DNA from: Rebecca billardiae RCC1528
Taxonomy: Eukaryota > Protista > Haptophyta
NCBI GenBank assembly: GCA_965240325.2
Contig: OZ251246.1
Location: 496,001 to 560,000, forward strand
DNA length: 64,000 nucleotides
Direction of reading: 5' to 3'
Every line of letters begins with the position of its first letter. Position 1 is the first letter of the stretch. Shown in pieces: positions 1 to 16,472 of the stretch. The translations under genes were made by a program, and so were the position numbers. The notes under the pieces were generated by a model. It worked only from the letters and a program-made list of their open reading frames with translations, did not search any database and had not been told where the DNA came from.

Positions 1-3000
1 GCAGTCCGGGCACGAGCACGTCTTGCACACCGTGTGCGGGCAGACCGCGCCCGACAGGCAACATTGCGCAATGCTGCCTGGGCCACATGCGCGCGGGTCG
101 CACGTGCCGCCGCCTTCGCACTGGGCGTAGGGCGATTCGGGCGGCGAGGGCAACGAGGGCGCGGGCGTGGGCGCGGCCCCGCTCGGAGCGCCGCCCGCCT
201 TGGGCTCGGGCCGGGCCGGGCGGAAGCGCATGCCGCCGCCGCCGCCGGATTTGCCGCCGCGGCGTCGCACGGGGCCGCGGCCGCCGGGCCCAGCGCCGCC
301 GTTCGCTAAGTCACGGCCGCCGCCCGGGCCCGCGCCGCCCGCGCCCGCCTCGCCGCCCGCGGGCGCGGGCGCGGCGCCGCCGCCGCTCTGCGTCGTCGTC
401 GCGAGCGAGGCCAGCCCGATCAGCAGGATCAGAAGGCCGAGGACCGCGACGCCCACGCGGCAGCGCCGACCGGCTGTCGACGGCGACTGTAGCAGCTCCC
501 ACCAGCGCAGCACGCGCTCGCGCGCGCGAGAGAAGACGGTGCGGGCGATCCCGGCGGCGCGCTCGGCGAGCACGCGCGCGCCCGCCGCGACGACGACCCA
601 CGCGGCGTGCACGCGCGCGCACACGGCACGCCAGCCGCGTGCGCACGCGGCGGCCGCGCGCCCCGCCCCGATTCGAATGCGCGCCCAACCGTCTGCGGCC
701 GCATGCGCGACAGAGTTGGGCACAGCGCGGCGCGCGGCCTTGCCCGCGCGCTTGGCCGCGCGGCCGACGGCTTTGCCGGCGAGCATCGCGCCGACGAGCA
801 CGGCGAGGACGGCCGTGGCCAGCCCGCCGCGGAACCCGCCCTTGCCCGCCGCCGCCTCCAGGCCGCGCGCCCAGTGCGGCTGCGCGACCTCCGCGCCGTC
901 CGCCACTCGCTCCGCGTCGTCCGAGGTCGAGCCGGAATCGGACTCGGAGGAGCCCCCGGACTGGCCGGCGGGGATGCGCTCGGCGGACTCCTGGTCTGGG
1001 CCCTCGCCCTCGGGCAGCAGCTTCGCGCTGTGCTCGGAGTGCGCCTCGGCCTTCTTCTTCTGCGCGCGAGACCAGTCGCTCACCTGCTGTGCCGCGGCCG
1101 GCGCGACCGAGATGAGCAGGACGACGCCGATCATGAAGGAGCCCGCGATCGTGGCCCAGAGGGCGGCGGAGCGGCCGCGGCCGCTGCGCCGCGGCGGCGG
1201 CGGCACGGTGCCGCCACCGCCCGCCGGGACGGCGGGCGGCAGCGGCGGCAGCGGCGGGAAGGGCACGGCGGGCGGCGCGGGCGCCACGCCGCCGCCGCCG
1301 CCGCCGCTCGGCATGCCGGGCGGCGAGGGCGAGGGCGAGGGCGGGAGCGGCGGGAATGGCGGCGGCGGCGGCGAGGGCGAGAGGATGCGCGGGCTGAGCG
1401 GCGGCGGCGGCGAGTACGGCGGTGGCGGCGAGAAGGGCGGCGGCGGCGACTCGTCGTGCGGCAGCAGCGCCGCTTCGCACTGCGCTTCCGGTGGCCAAAC
1501 GTCCGGGCTCCCGGACCCAGCGCCGGAGGACTTGCTCGCTTGGAGCTGCGGCCGGGTCGCGATCCAGTAGAGCGTCGCGGTGCGGCTGTTGCCGTTGCCT
1601 GCCGGCGCCTCGCCCGAGAAGACCGAGTCCGGGAGCGCGAGCGCCTCCTCCCACGCCTGCGGCGGCGGCGGCGGAGGGCGACGGGCGAGGGCGGCGCGCG
1701 CGCGGGCGCATCGCGATGAGCCCACGCTGCGCGCCCTCCTCGGGGCGGTGCGCGCGGGGCGCGCGCGCGGTGCGCGCTGCCGTGCGCCGCGCACCTTGGT
1801 CGGCTCGAGGATCGCGCGCTGCATGGTGAAGAGCGTCACCCAGCCGTCCTTCACGCACGCGCCCGACATGCCGCAGTCCTTCGCGCCGATCGGGTACGAC
1901 GCGTTCACGAAGCCCGGCTGCAGGTAGTACTCGGATGGCGGGATGAACGGCACCATTTGAATGCCGTGCACCATGTACGCCGAGCCGCCAAACCAGGTCT
2001 GATACTGCGCGAGGTTCTGCCAGAGGATGCCCATCAGCGTCTTCTCGTGCAGGATCGGCGGGTACACCGCCGAGCCGGGCGGGATCTGCCAGTACGTCTG
2101 CGCGGCCTTCACCTCGGCCGCGAGCGCCACACGCCCCCAATCTCGCATCGAGTGGTCGCCCAGTGCGTCGCCGAGCAGCTGAAGGCCGTAGTACGCGTTG
2201 ATCGACTCGGAGGTGGACTCCTGGTTGTGCCCGTTGCGGTACGGCTTGCCGCCGCCGAGCGCGATCCCGCTCGCCCAGCTCCACCCCGTGTACCAGTCCT
2301 TGTGCCGCCACACGGGGAAGTACGGGTCATCGGCCGACGGGTTCGCAATGTCGCGAGCATACAGAAGAAGTCGCTCCCGGTGCTCGGCCGCCCACTCGGG
2401 GTCGAGGCGCGCGGCGACGGCGGCGGCGAAGATGTGGTAGCCCCAGTGGAAGTGGTGGTCGTTGTAGTACGCGTTGCCTGCGCGCGGCGGGGCGCGCGGC
2501 ACGCCGAGCGCGCGCGGCCGCGTCGGCGCCGCGGGCAGGCGCTCTCTCGCGCACGCCCGCGCCGCCGCCCGCCCGCGCCGCGCCCGCGCCGCCGCCCGCC
2601 CGCGCCGCGCCCGCGCCGCCGCCCGCCCGCGCGCGCACCAAAGTCCATGCCTGGATCGGTGAAGGTCGGGCAGTCGTCGGGCGCGCCCGCGTTCTTGCAG
2701 TACGCCTGCGACGGCTCGCAGTGGCACTGGTCGGCGGGCAGCACATTAGGATTGCAACCCTTCGGCTCACAATCGTCGTAGAGACACCCACAGGAGATAT
2801 AGCCGCCCCAGCTGTGAGGGCGCGCGCGCGCGCGGCGGCGGCCGGGCGGGCGCGCGGGCGAGGAGGGTCACGCGGCGCGCGCGGGTGTGAGGGACGGGAT
2901 CCAATGCTCGCGGTGGCCGCCTCCGCGCGTCGCCGCCCCCCGCGCTCGCGCAGCTCACGACACAACCGCCACCGCGCGGCCCTCCAGGCGCCTCGCTCGC

Positions 3001-4472
3001 TCTGTCCCCCAGGCGCAGAGCCACGCCTTGCAGCAGCAGCACTAGTGGCGCACCGCGCCGCGCCGCAGCGCAGCGCACCGCGCGGCACCGCGCCGCAGCG
3101 AAGCGCAGCGCAGCGCAGCGCAACGCAGCGAACCGCGCCGCACCGCGCCGCACCGCGCCGCACCGCACTGCGCCGCGCCGCAGCGCGATCCCGCGGCGCA
3201 GCTCACCTCGCGTCATAAACAAACTCGTTGTGACCCTCGCCACGTGCGTACGTGCCGACGAGCGACGCGAGGTGCCGCCCGATCTGCCGCGCCGTCGAGT
3301 GCTCGCCGAGCTCCTCCGCGATCAGCGCGAGCTGCCCGATCCGCTGCAGCATCTTACCCGCATTATATGGGTCGCCCGCGCCGATAATATAATTCACGGG
3401 GACCTCCCACGATGCGTCGCCCTGCAGCGCGGCGAGCAGCGCCGGTTTGTACTTCTCGGCGATGCCGTGGCGCGAGAACCACGAGATCGGCAGCAGCGCG
3501 TACGGCAGCAGCCTGCGCGCACGCGCAGGGTGTAGCGCACATGCGGGTGGCGCCGAGGGCGGGCGAGCGCACGGGAGACGAAGTTGCCGGGAAGTTGCCG
3601 GGAAGTTGCCGGGAAGTGACCACGCGCACAAGCAGAGGGCGTGGCGTGGCACGGCGGCGCGCAGCGCGCAGGGGGGGCCGTGAGGGGCGTGTGGACGGGC
3701 GGGCGTCGTCGTCGGCGGGGGCACGTGCCCCACGCAGCTCCCGCGGCGCGCGCCGCGGCCGCCACACAACCCGAAGCCCAACCAACCCGAAAAAAACCCA
3801 AACAAATAAATATACACAATAAATAAACCCCCGGCCCGCTCCACCAGTTGACCGCCACGAGCCCTCGCCGTCCCGCGAGCGCGCGCGCCCGGCCGCGCAG
3901 CGCAGCCACGCACCACTCGTTGCCCACGACGAGGCTGAGGTTGCCGTTGAGGTTGCGGTGGAACACGTCGGTATGCGCGAGCGTCTGCCCGTCCCCCGAG
4001 CACAGCCCCATCTGCCGGTGGTGCTCCATCGCCGCCATCGCCACCGGCGCCTCTGGCACGCGCGGCTCCTTGCCGCCGCGCGCATACGGCATTCGCCTCG
4101 TGCGCCACCGGATGCGAAGCAGCGCCTCGTCGCCGCCCTTGGTGTTGAGGTCGATCTCCGCGCCGACGGGGTAGGTCTCGTGGTGCAGGTGCAGCGCCTC
4201 CTCGAACCGCGCCTTCTCCGGCTTCGCCGGCGGCGCTTTGGCGCAGTGGAACGCGGAGCGGCCGAGCGTGCAGTTGTTGGTGACGGCGGCGCGCACGACA
4301 CCCGTGATCGGGTGGCGGGCGGCGAGGATGCCGCCGTCCATCTGGCAGCCCACCTGCGGGCGGGTGCGGACGCGGGGAGGAGGGCGTGGCGGGCGCGCGG
4401 ACGCGGGCGGGGCCGTCAGGCGCCGCGCGGGGCCCCCGGGCGCGTCCGCGGCAGCGCGGTCACATTGACGCC

Positions 4473-4506
<34 letters not shown>

Positions 4507-5263
4507 GTGCCTGCATCGTGTGCGAGGACCAGATGGTCCAGGTCTCGTCGGACTGCACGAGCACGACCTCGAACTTGCGCCCCTCGAACCGCCCCGGGCA
4601 CTTGCCCACCACGCCGTCCACCGTCAGCCCGATGTTCGGGTCGAGCGACTGCGGTGTGTCGAAGACGGGGGTAGCGTTTCGGTACTCCATCGTTAAGTAG
4701 GGCGAGCCGCGCACGATGGGGGAGGAGGCGGAGGGCGAGGACGAGGGTGAGCCCCAGCCGAGCGTGACCGAGAGCGGGTCGTGCGACAGCACCTTGTGCC
4801 CCAGCGGCACGTCCTTCGCGCCGAGCGTCACGAAATTAATATTCGAGTCGAATCCGTTCTCAATCTGGTTCGCCTGCGCGAGCACGAACGGCGTGGCGGC
4901 GGAGAGGCCGCGCTTCGCCGCCCAGAGGATGAACGGGATGGCGAAGCCGTTCGCGTTCTCCATCTCCGACGGGCCCTGCCCGAGCACCATCATCGTCCAC
5001 CAGTTGTTCGTCGGGCGCGCGAACGAGCCGGTCGCGTCGCGCTCGCCCTCGGCCACGTCAAAGCGGTCCGGGTCCGGGGCCTCCTTCTCGCCGCGGCGGA
5101 TCGCCGTCACGCCCAGGTCGGCGGGGTTCATCGTCGAGTACGGCTGCGCGCTCGCGCCGTGCGCACCGACCGCGGCGAGCACCGAGGCCGCGAGCACGCC
5201 GAGTGCGCGGCGCGGCGCGGCGCACGCCGCGCGACGCGCCATCGGCACGCGCGAGCCCGCCAT
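1..5263 (-). CDS. Glycoside hydrolase family 81 endo-1,3-beta-glucanase with signal peptide, Pro-rich linker, about 3 TM segments and a Cys-rich tail; 3' end runs off the window
   Basis: Exons 5263-4511, 4353-3914, 3512-3207, 2811-2639, 2477-1795 and 1656-<1 join in frame. GH81 motifs: PTNNWW, RGSPYLT, DPYNAGK, FGNAYYNDHHFHWGY, HKDWYTGWSWASG, NQESTSES. First intron is GC-AG. Confidence 0.9.
3050..3186. repeat. Degenerate pentamer array (CGCAG/CGCAC/CGCGC)n in a GH81 intron
   Basis: Directly visible 5-bp periodicity. Confidence 0.8.
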
Positions 5264-6090
5264 CGGCGGGGTGGCGAGGATGCAGGCGCTCGCGCAGTCG
5301 TCGCCCGGTCGCGCCGCCGGGCTCGAGCCGCTGCCCTGCTGTCGCGCAGCTGCTCCCACTCCACTCGCGCTCGCACTCGACGCGCGCGCGCTTTGTCGCC
5401 GGAGGCGACGGTGCCGGTTGGGCTTGCTCAGGGGCAACGAGCGCGCGCGCCCACCGGTGCATCGCTCTGCATCCCGCCCGCCCCGCGGCGTGGGGAAAAC
5501 GCGGGTCGCGTGGACGCGGGCTTTCTTGGCAGAGCTTCCCCGTGACTTGTTCATCAAATATTCATCGAGCGCGCGACGTCAGCTGTGTTGAGTAAAACCA
5601 ATCGCATGCATCAAATCATTCGCGTGGCAACGTCGAGAACCGTCGAGATACATACATGAGATGCCTCATCACGCCTGTCCCCCTCATCGCCTGGTCCACC
5701 GATACTTACGCGATATTTTCTTTTCGCGCGCGAGTTTTCTTGCCGCGGTGCGGATGACCGTTGGTCATGGACACCGCGGCTCCCCGTGGAGCCGCTCGCG
5801 CCTACCCCGCCTGACGAATCTGGGGGCTTCCAGCTCATCGCCCGGGCGCGTGCGCCCAGCTCGGCTGAGCAGGCGCACCGTCCGTGCATCACACAGCTGC
5901 TCGTCCGCCGCCGCCGAGGCCGGGTTCGCCCACGGACCGTGCCCTGAGTAACGGAACAAACGCGGCTGGCCGACCCCGCCGCCGCCCGCCCTCGACCGAC
6001 TCCGCCGAAGTCGCACGCTGTGAGTGTGGGCGGCGCGTGGCTGCGCGCCCACCTTCCTTCCCAACTGCCTCGCGCTCGGTGCGCGCTCGC

Positions 6091-8249
6091 TCAGCTGATG
6101 AGCACGCCGCCAGCGGCCACCTTCTCCGCCTCGACGTCCACCTGCGCGCGCGCCCACTCGTCGATGCGCAGCAAATCCTCGAGCTGCGGCTCAGCCAGCC
6201 AGCCGTCCGCCTCGTGCGCCGCCATCGCCTGCTCGATCACCTTCGGGATCCCGAAGAAGTCGAATTTGCCCTGCCGGAACAGCTCGTTGGCGCGCTCGTT
6301 CGCCGCGTTGAGCACGCACGTCATGGTGCCGCCCTTCCGCCCAGCCTTGTACGCGAGCGGGATACATGGGTACTTCTCAAAGTCCGGCCCTTTGAACGTC
6401 ATCTGCGAGAGCTGCACCAGGTCGAACTTCTCGTCGATCCCGCGGCCGTAGTCGACGCGGATCCGGTGCGGCCACGACATCGCGTACAGGATCGGCAGGC
6501 GCATGTCCGGCCAGCCGAGCTGCGCGATCACCGAAGAGTCCGCCGTCTCAATCGCCGAGTGGATGATGGACTGCGGGTGGACGACAATGTCGATGTCGTC
6601 GTAGTCCACGCCGAAGAGATAGTGTGCCTCGATCACCTGGCCGCACAATGGCGGAATCGCATGAACGCAAGAAAGAAATAGGGGCGGGAGAGAGAGGGGC
6701 GCGCCGTGTGAGCACGCAGCGGCGGGGCGGTGCGCCGCGCGCGGGCGCGCACGCCGGCCGACGGCAGGGCACGCGGCAGCCTCGCGCGACCGACCCATCC
6801 ATCGCAGTCCGCGCCGCCCCCGGAGGGAGTGCCGGCCCGCATCCACGCCCGGCCCGCCACCCCGGCGCGTGCCGCCGCCTCCGACCCGACACACAGCCAG
6901 TGTCGCGCCGGCGACACACGGCGCCCGGCGCGCCCGGTGCCGGCTGGGGCGTGGGCGCGCGCCGGGCCGTGGGCGCCCCAACGCGAGGCGGAGCGAGCGG
7001 CAGCCGGCGCGCGCGCGCGCGCCCGCCGGCCCCGCGCAGCGCGCTCTCTCACCTCGAGCCCCTTGTTCATCATCGTGCTCGAGTCGACGGTGATTTTGGC
7101 GCCCATATCCCAATTTGGGTGCGTGCTCGCCTTCTTGCGGATGAACTCGGGGTCTGTGCGCGGCGGCGGGCCGCGCGGGCGGGCAGGGTGCGCCGGGCTC
7201 AGCTCGTGCCCGAGCCCCGACCGGTAGGGCGGCCAGCCGTGGCGGCGCGGCGGGTTGCGCCGTGGGTGGGGGACGCTACGGGAGCGCGCGCGCGCGCGCG
7301 CCACGGCGGACGCCGCAGCAGCCTCGCCCGCGCGCGCGCGGCCCTGCCCCAGACCGCTTCGCCCCGCCCCGCCCCGCCCCACACGGCGCGCAGCGCGCGA
7401 CCTCCTCGCACGCTCACATCCCCGCGGGCGGAGCTCGCCTTCGCACGGGACCACCCCGCCGGGCCGAAAGTGCATGCACGCACCCTCTGCGTTCTTCGCT
7501 CTGAGCTCCTCGGCGGAAAAGTCGCGGAACGCGCCGCCCGAGGCGGTGAGGATGACGCGGCGGAGCGCGCCCGGGGGCACGCCCTGGAGGCACTGGAAGA
7601 TGGCCGAGTGCTCCGAGTCCGCCGCCGTCATCTTCGCGCCGTGCTTCTCGAGCAGCGGCAGGATGATCGGCCCGCCCGAAATCAAAGTCTCCTTGTTGGC
7701 GAGCGCGATCGTGCGGCCGAGCTTGATCGCCTCGATGGTCGGGAGGAGGCCGGCGACGCCGACGACGCCGGTGACCACGGTGTCCGCGCCCGCCGCCGTC
7801 GCCACGGCCGTCTGCCCCTCTGGGCCCGTCACGATCGTCGGCGCGTCCGCGCCGAGCGCGGCGAGGCGCTCGCGCAGCTCGCCCTCCTTCTCCGTGGCGG
7901 CGAGGCCGACGACGGACGGTCGGAACTCGGCGATCTGCTTGGCGAGCAGCTCGACGTTGGCGCCGGCGGAGATCGCGACCACCTCGAACTGCTCGGGGTA
8001 CTCGCGGATGATGTCCAGCGTCTGCGTGCCGATCGATCCGGTCGAGCCGAGCAGCGCGACGTGCTTGCGCGGGTTGTCGTCGAGCGCGCGCTTCACGTAG
8101 TCGCGCATCGCGTCCGGCGTGCCAAAGGGCGCGGCGTGGCCGGCCATCCGCGGCTGGGCACGTGCACCGAGCGGCCGCCCGCGGCACGACGCCGCGCGCG
8201 ACGGCGCCGTCGCGCCGAGCAGCCCGAGCGTGGCGATCGCGAGCATCAT
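6091..8249 (-). CDS. dxr: 1-deoxy-D-xylulose 5-phosphate reductoisomerase (MEP pathway), plastid-targeted
   Basis: Exons 8249-7484, 7153-7053, 6636-6091. Motifs [71 protein letters not shown]. Hydrophobic signal followed by an Arg/Ala transit-like region. Confidence 0.97.
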
Positions 8250-8458
8250 GCCGTGGTGGTCCAGCCGCGGCCAGGCTAATGAGTGCGCGCCGTGGGCCGT
8301 GGCCGGCAAGTGGCGGCGGCCCCACACGGGCGGTCACGATGGCGTCGTCCCGTTTTTTGTTTTTTTTACTTTTTTTCAGGAAAGACTCTGCTCAGTGTCA
8401 TCAGCTCAGCCGATCGACGACGTCGACTCACTCGGGCCCGCTCTCACGGGCACGGCTC

Positions 8459-9829
8459 TCAAGGGCGCAGCAGCGCGCGCACGGCGCGGCTGCCGCGCCG
8501 CAGCGCGCGCGCGACGTCTTCGTAGTTGTGGATCTTCTCGCGGTGGCTCGACGGCGGGTGCCGCTTCCCCGCGTACGGCATCAACTCGCGCTCGATCAGG
8601 TGCAGCGGCACGCGCAGGCCCCAGCCCGCAAGCACCTCGGCAAACGCGAGTGCGGAGCGGCCGAGATTGGACACCGAGTACGTGTGCGCCGCCATGTCCT
8701 CGTACGTCACGACGTGCTTGTGCACGTGGATCCCCTTGTGCACGAAGCGCGACCGCTCCGCCGCGCCGCTCGCGCGCAGCTTGCGCTCGAGCCGCGTCGC
8801 CAGGTGCTCGGTGTTCACGTGAGCCATCACAGGCGTACTCAGGCCGCGCTCCTCGCGCCGGCGCCGCTCAAAGCAGAGTCGCGACTTGGAGCCGTTGGCG
8901 AAGACGGCGTGGCCGAGGTGCTTCTCCTTCGCGAGGTCGAAGCAGTCGAGGATCTGGCACACCATCTCGTCCAGCGCGTTCGCGCGCCACGCGAACACCG
9001 AGCGCACGCCCAGCCGATGGAACGTCTTTGCCATCGACGTCGTCAGCTCGAATGTATCCGCCTTGAAAATTAAGGTGTGGCCGAGCTCGGCGGCGTGCGC
9101 GTACGACTCCCTGAACGCGCGCGTGGTGGAGTGCGTCGCCGAGTAGTACTTGTTGAACTTGGGCCGGAGCAGCTCGAACGCCCCGCCCGCCACCTTCACC
9201 GCCGTCGTGTTGCCCACCAGCATCCGCAGCGTTCGGAGCGCGAAAGTGCTCCCGGAGCAGCCGTGCATGATAATGGCACGCGGCGCGAGGTCGGGCCTGC
9301 CGTGGACGAGGCCGATGCCCGAGGGGGACTGCTCGGCGGTGCCGGGCGCGCGTGCGTACGGCGCTTGCCGCCAGGGCGGGTGCCACTGCCCCTGCGCATC
9401 CGTGCGCACGCCGTCGCCGCCACCGCCGTCGTCACCGGTCGCCGATCGAATCAGGCTCCTCATGACTCGCCTCGCGCCCGCGGTGAGCCCGCGCAGGGGC
9501 TGTGGCGTGGGCAGCGGGCGCGCGTGCGGGGCAGCGTCCTCATCGGCGTCATCCTCCCCACCGTCGGCGCCGCCTTCCTCGTCGCCTTCGCCGCCATAGT
9601 CGTCGTCGGCCACGGCGAGCTCTGCAAGAACCTTCTCAACCTCGACCTGTGAAACGGCCGAACGGAGGCCAAGGGCGGCGTCGGGGGCACGCTGCGACGC
9701 GCTCGAGGCGAGCGTGACGATGGTGATTGCCACCGCGCACGCGAGCAGCCCCTTGGGCGACTTGAGGCCCGCGGCTGGTCGCGGCGACTGCATCATCGGA
9801 GGCGCCACCTGTTCGGTCGCGGCCGCCAT
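8459..9829 (-). CDS. Type II membrane sulfotransferase-like protein (Stf0/P-loop-like)
   Basis: Single ORF with N-terminal TM. Motifs GCSGST, WRANAL, VTYEDM and KIHNYEDVARAL resemble Stf0-type sulfotransferases. Confidence 0.55.
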   Translation of the reverse strand: MAAATEQVAPPMMQSPRPAAGLKSPKGLLACAVAITIVTLASSASQRAPDAALGLRSAVSQVEVEKVLAELAVADDDYGGEGDEEGGADGGEDDADEDAAPHARPLPTPQPLRGLTAGARRVMRSLIRSATGDDGGGGDGVRTDAQGQWHPPWRQAPYARAPGTAEQSPSGIGLVHGRPDLAPRAIIMHGCSGSTFALRTLRMLVGNTTAVKVAGGAFELLRPKFNKYYSATHSTTRAFRESYAHAAELGHTLIFKADTFELTTSMAKTFHRLGVRSVFAWRANALDEMVCQILDCFDLAKEKHLGHAVFANGSKSRLCFERRRREERGLSTPVMAHVNTEHLATRLERKLRASGAAERSRFVHKGIHVHKHVVTYEDMAAHTYSVSNLGRSALAFAEVLAGWGLRVPLHLIERELMPYAGKRHPPSSHREKIHNYEDVARALRRGSRAVRALLRP

Positions 9830-9955
9830 GCCATGATGATCCTCCGACTCGCTGCAGTCGCCAGTCGCCAGTCGCCACAGATCTGCAGGCTGACGGTGCC
9901 GCGTGGAATCTGGGTCTCTCCGGGCTGATGCGTGAGGCGGTCGGGTCGGCAAGCA

Positions 9956-11494
9956 ATGGCGCCGCCCAAGCCGATGGGGCGGCAGACATCATCCCTGCTG
10001 CTCGCGGTCATCGCGGCGGTGGTGTGCGACACGCCGCCCGGCGCCGCACCGGCCGGCAGCCACGCTCGCCGCCGAGCTCCCGCCGCCCTCTGCCCGCCAA
10101 GCGCCGACGCGTCGGCGCGGCTCGAGGCGGAGAATGCGCCGGACAAATCGCAGTTCAAGCGCGCGATCCAGGCACCGTCCCTGAACGGCACGTTTGTGCG
10201 CGGGCACTACGCGGCGGTGGTCGACGTGTCACAGCACACGGTGTCGCACCGTGTGGCGTGCACCGACGCGCTGTTCCGCACGCGCGCCGACGACGGCCCC
10301 GCCGATCCACCCGATGCGCTCGGAGCGATTGCGGAGGCGGCGGGCGTGCGCGCGCTCGCGCTCGCGTTCACCGCGCGCTTCAGCGGCGGCGGCGACTTCC
10401 ACCCGCCGTGGCGGTACGGACACGTGTGGTCGTACGTGCACGGCTTCTACTGCCGCCTCGCCGTGCCGCGCGCGCGCGCCCTCGAGGCGCGCCGCGTGGC
10501 CGCGCGCCCACCGCCGCCCCCGCTGCGGCTGTACCTGCCTGCGGGCGTGGCCGCGCATCCGCACGCGTTTGAGGAGATCGGCGCGCTGTTCAACGACTCG
10601 CGCGCGCTCGGGCTGGAGATTCGGCGCGCGTCGTGGGTCCCCTTCTGCGTGCGCGCGTGCTGCTACGCGCACGCGGGCGTGCCGCGCGCGCTGCGCGGCC
10701 GTGTCGCCCTTCTGCGATCATTGGTGCCTGGGCCGGATCGGATGGCTCCGCGCGCGTGCGCGCGGATGCGCGCGGACGCGCTGCGCGCGCTCGGCGCGGC
10801 GGAGGGGCCGCGCGACCAGGTGCTCTTCCTCTCCTCCGCGTCCTCCACCAACCGCCGCCGCTTCGCCGACGAGCGCGCGCTCGTGCGCGCGGCGCGCGCG
10901 TGGGCGCGCGCGCTCTCACCCCACCTGACATTTCAAAAGGTGAAGCTGTCGTCGTTGCGCTCGTACGCGGAGGAGGCGCGGCTGTTCGCGCGCGCGCGCG
11001 TGGTGATCGGCCTGTTTTCCTCCTCGCTGCACGGCTGCCGCTTCATGCGCCCGCCCGCGCTCGTCGTCGAGCTGCACGGCGCGCTCTACAATAACGCGCG
11101 CAACCACTTCCTGTACTATTCTTTGTGCGGGCTGCAGTACGGGCTGCTGCACGCGCCGCTCGCGGTGCCCGGCGCGCTGCCCGTGGCGGACGCGTCGACG
11201 GGCGAGCTGCGCTTCGAGGCGGACGCGGGGAACGTCGCCAACCTCTCCGCCGCCGAGCTGCGCGCGTTCCTTGAGCGCGTGCTCCCTGCCGAGCCGTCGG
11301 CCATCGTGGATTGGGAGGGAGTGCTGGGAGCATACGAGGCGGTGTTCGCCGCGCATCCGGACCCGCGCGTGCGCGGTGGGAGCGGCGGTCGGCGCCCGCC
11401 GGGCGACGGGCCCGCCGCGTCCGCGCACTACCGCGCCGCCTCGAAGCTGCCCGCGTGGCAAGTGCTCGGCCTCCATGACCGCCGCCATCGTTGA
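9956..11494 (+). CDS. Glycosyltransferase family 61-like protein
   Basis: Signal anchor. GT61 C-terminal pattern RRFADERAL...EEARLFARARVVIG...FMRPPALVVEL. Confidence 0.65.
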   Translation: MAPPKPMGRQTSSLLLAVIAAVVCDTPPGAAPAGSHARRRAPAALCPPSADASARLEAENAPDKSQFKRAIQAPSLNGTFVRGHYAAVVDVSQHTVSHRVACTDALFRTRADDGPADPPDALGAIAEAAGVRALALAFTARFSGGGDFHPPWRYGHVWSYVHGFYCRLAVPRARALEARRVAARPPPPPLRLYLPAGVAAHPHAFEEIGALFNDSRALGLEIRRASWVPFCVRACCYAHAGVPRALRGRVALLRSLVPGPDRMAPRACARMRADALRALGAAEGPRDQVLFLSSASSTNRRRFADERALVRAARAWARALSPHLTFQKVKLSSLRSYAEEARLFARARVVIGLFSSSLHGCRFMRPPALVVELHGALYNNARNHFLYYSLCGLQYGLLHAPLAVPGALPVADASTGELRFEADAGNVANLSAAELRAFLERVLPAEPSAIVDWEGVLGAYEAVFAAHPDPRVRGGSGGRRPPGDGPAASAHYRAASKLPAWQVLGLHDRRHR

Positions 11495-11711
11495 CCGGCG
11501 ATCGCCGTATCAAACCGTCAGATTCTGCCGTGCTGCCGATAGATGAGCGGCTTTTGCACCCACTTATGGCTGTACTATTAGTATTGAGTAGGCGCTTTCA
11601 ATCGATATGCGGGTACCTTCCGGTTTTCCCTTTTCTTTCTGCTCCTGTGGCGAAGACAGTGGCGAGCTCTCCTCCGCTGCCTGGGCGGGCGGCGTGCTAG
11701 GCCGGGCTGCC

Positions 11712-16093
<4,382 letters not shown>

Positions 16094-16408
16094 CTCCCGA
16101 GTGGCAGTCTGCCCACGGTCGCAATGCGCTGGCGCGCGTCCGGCTGCCCGCCGGAGGCGGCGGGTCCGCGCGTCGTGGTGACCAGGTGAGTCCACTGGTG
16201 CTGAGACTGCGCTGATCCTGGTGGCCCGTGGCCCCGTGCGGCCCGTGGCCCGTGGTGTGACCGGCGGTCCGATACCGCAGACCGATACTCGACGATACGG
16301 ATGGTCGATAGTGCGATTAGCGATTAGCGATACGCCCGCGTGATACGGTCATGGATTACGCCTTACGGTGTCCGAAGACCGAATAATAATAAATAAATAA
16401 TATATATA

Positions 16409-16420
16409 CATACCACGTCG

Positions 16421-16424
<4 letters not shown>
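16409..16424 (+). mobile_element. 16-nt extreme 3' stub of the ...CATACCACGTCGTTAA retroelement family
   Basis: CATACCACGTCGTTAA is identical to the ends of the copies at 55278-55338 and 26276-26689(-). TA repeats lie on both sides. Confidence 0.55.

Positions 16425-16468
<44 letters not shown>
16422..16468. repeat. (TA)n microsatellite
   Basis: Directly visible. Confidence 0.95.

Positions 16469-16472
<4 letters not shown>

Noticed and set aside
87-2311. Long Arg/Ala/Pro-rich ORFs here and throughout the track (e.g. 13684-15909, 29952-31652, 39868-41736)
   Set aside because: They are shadow frames of real genes in very GC-rich DNA and contain no recognisable motifs.
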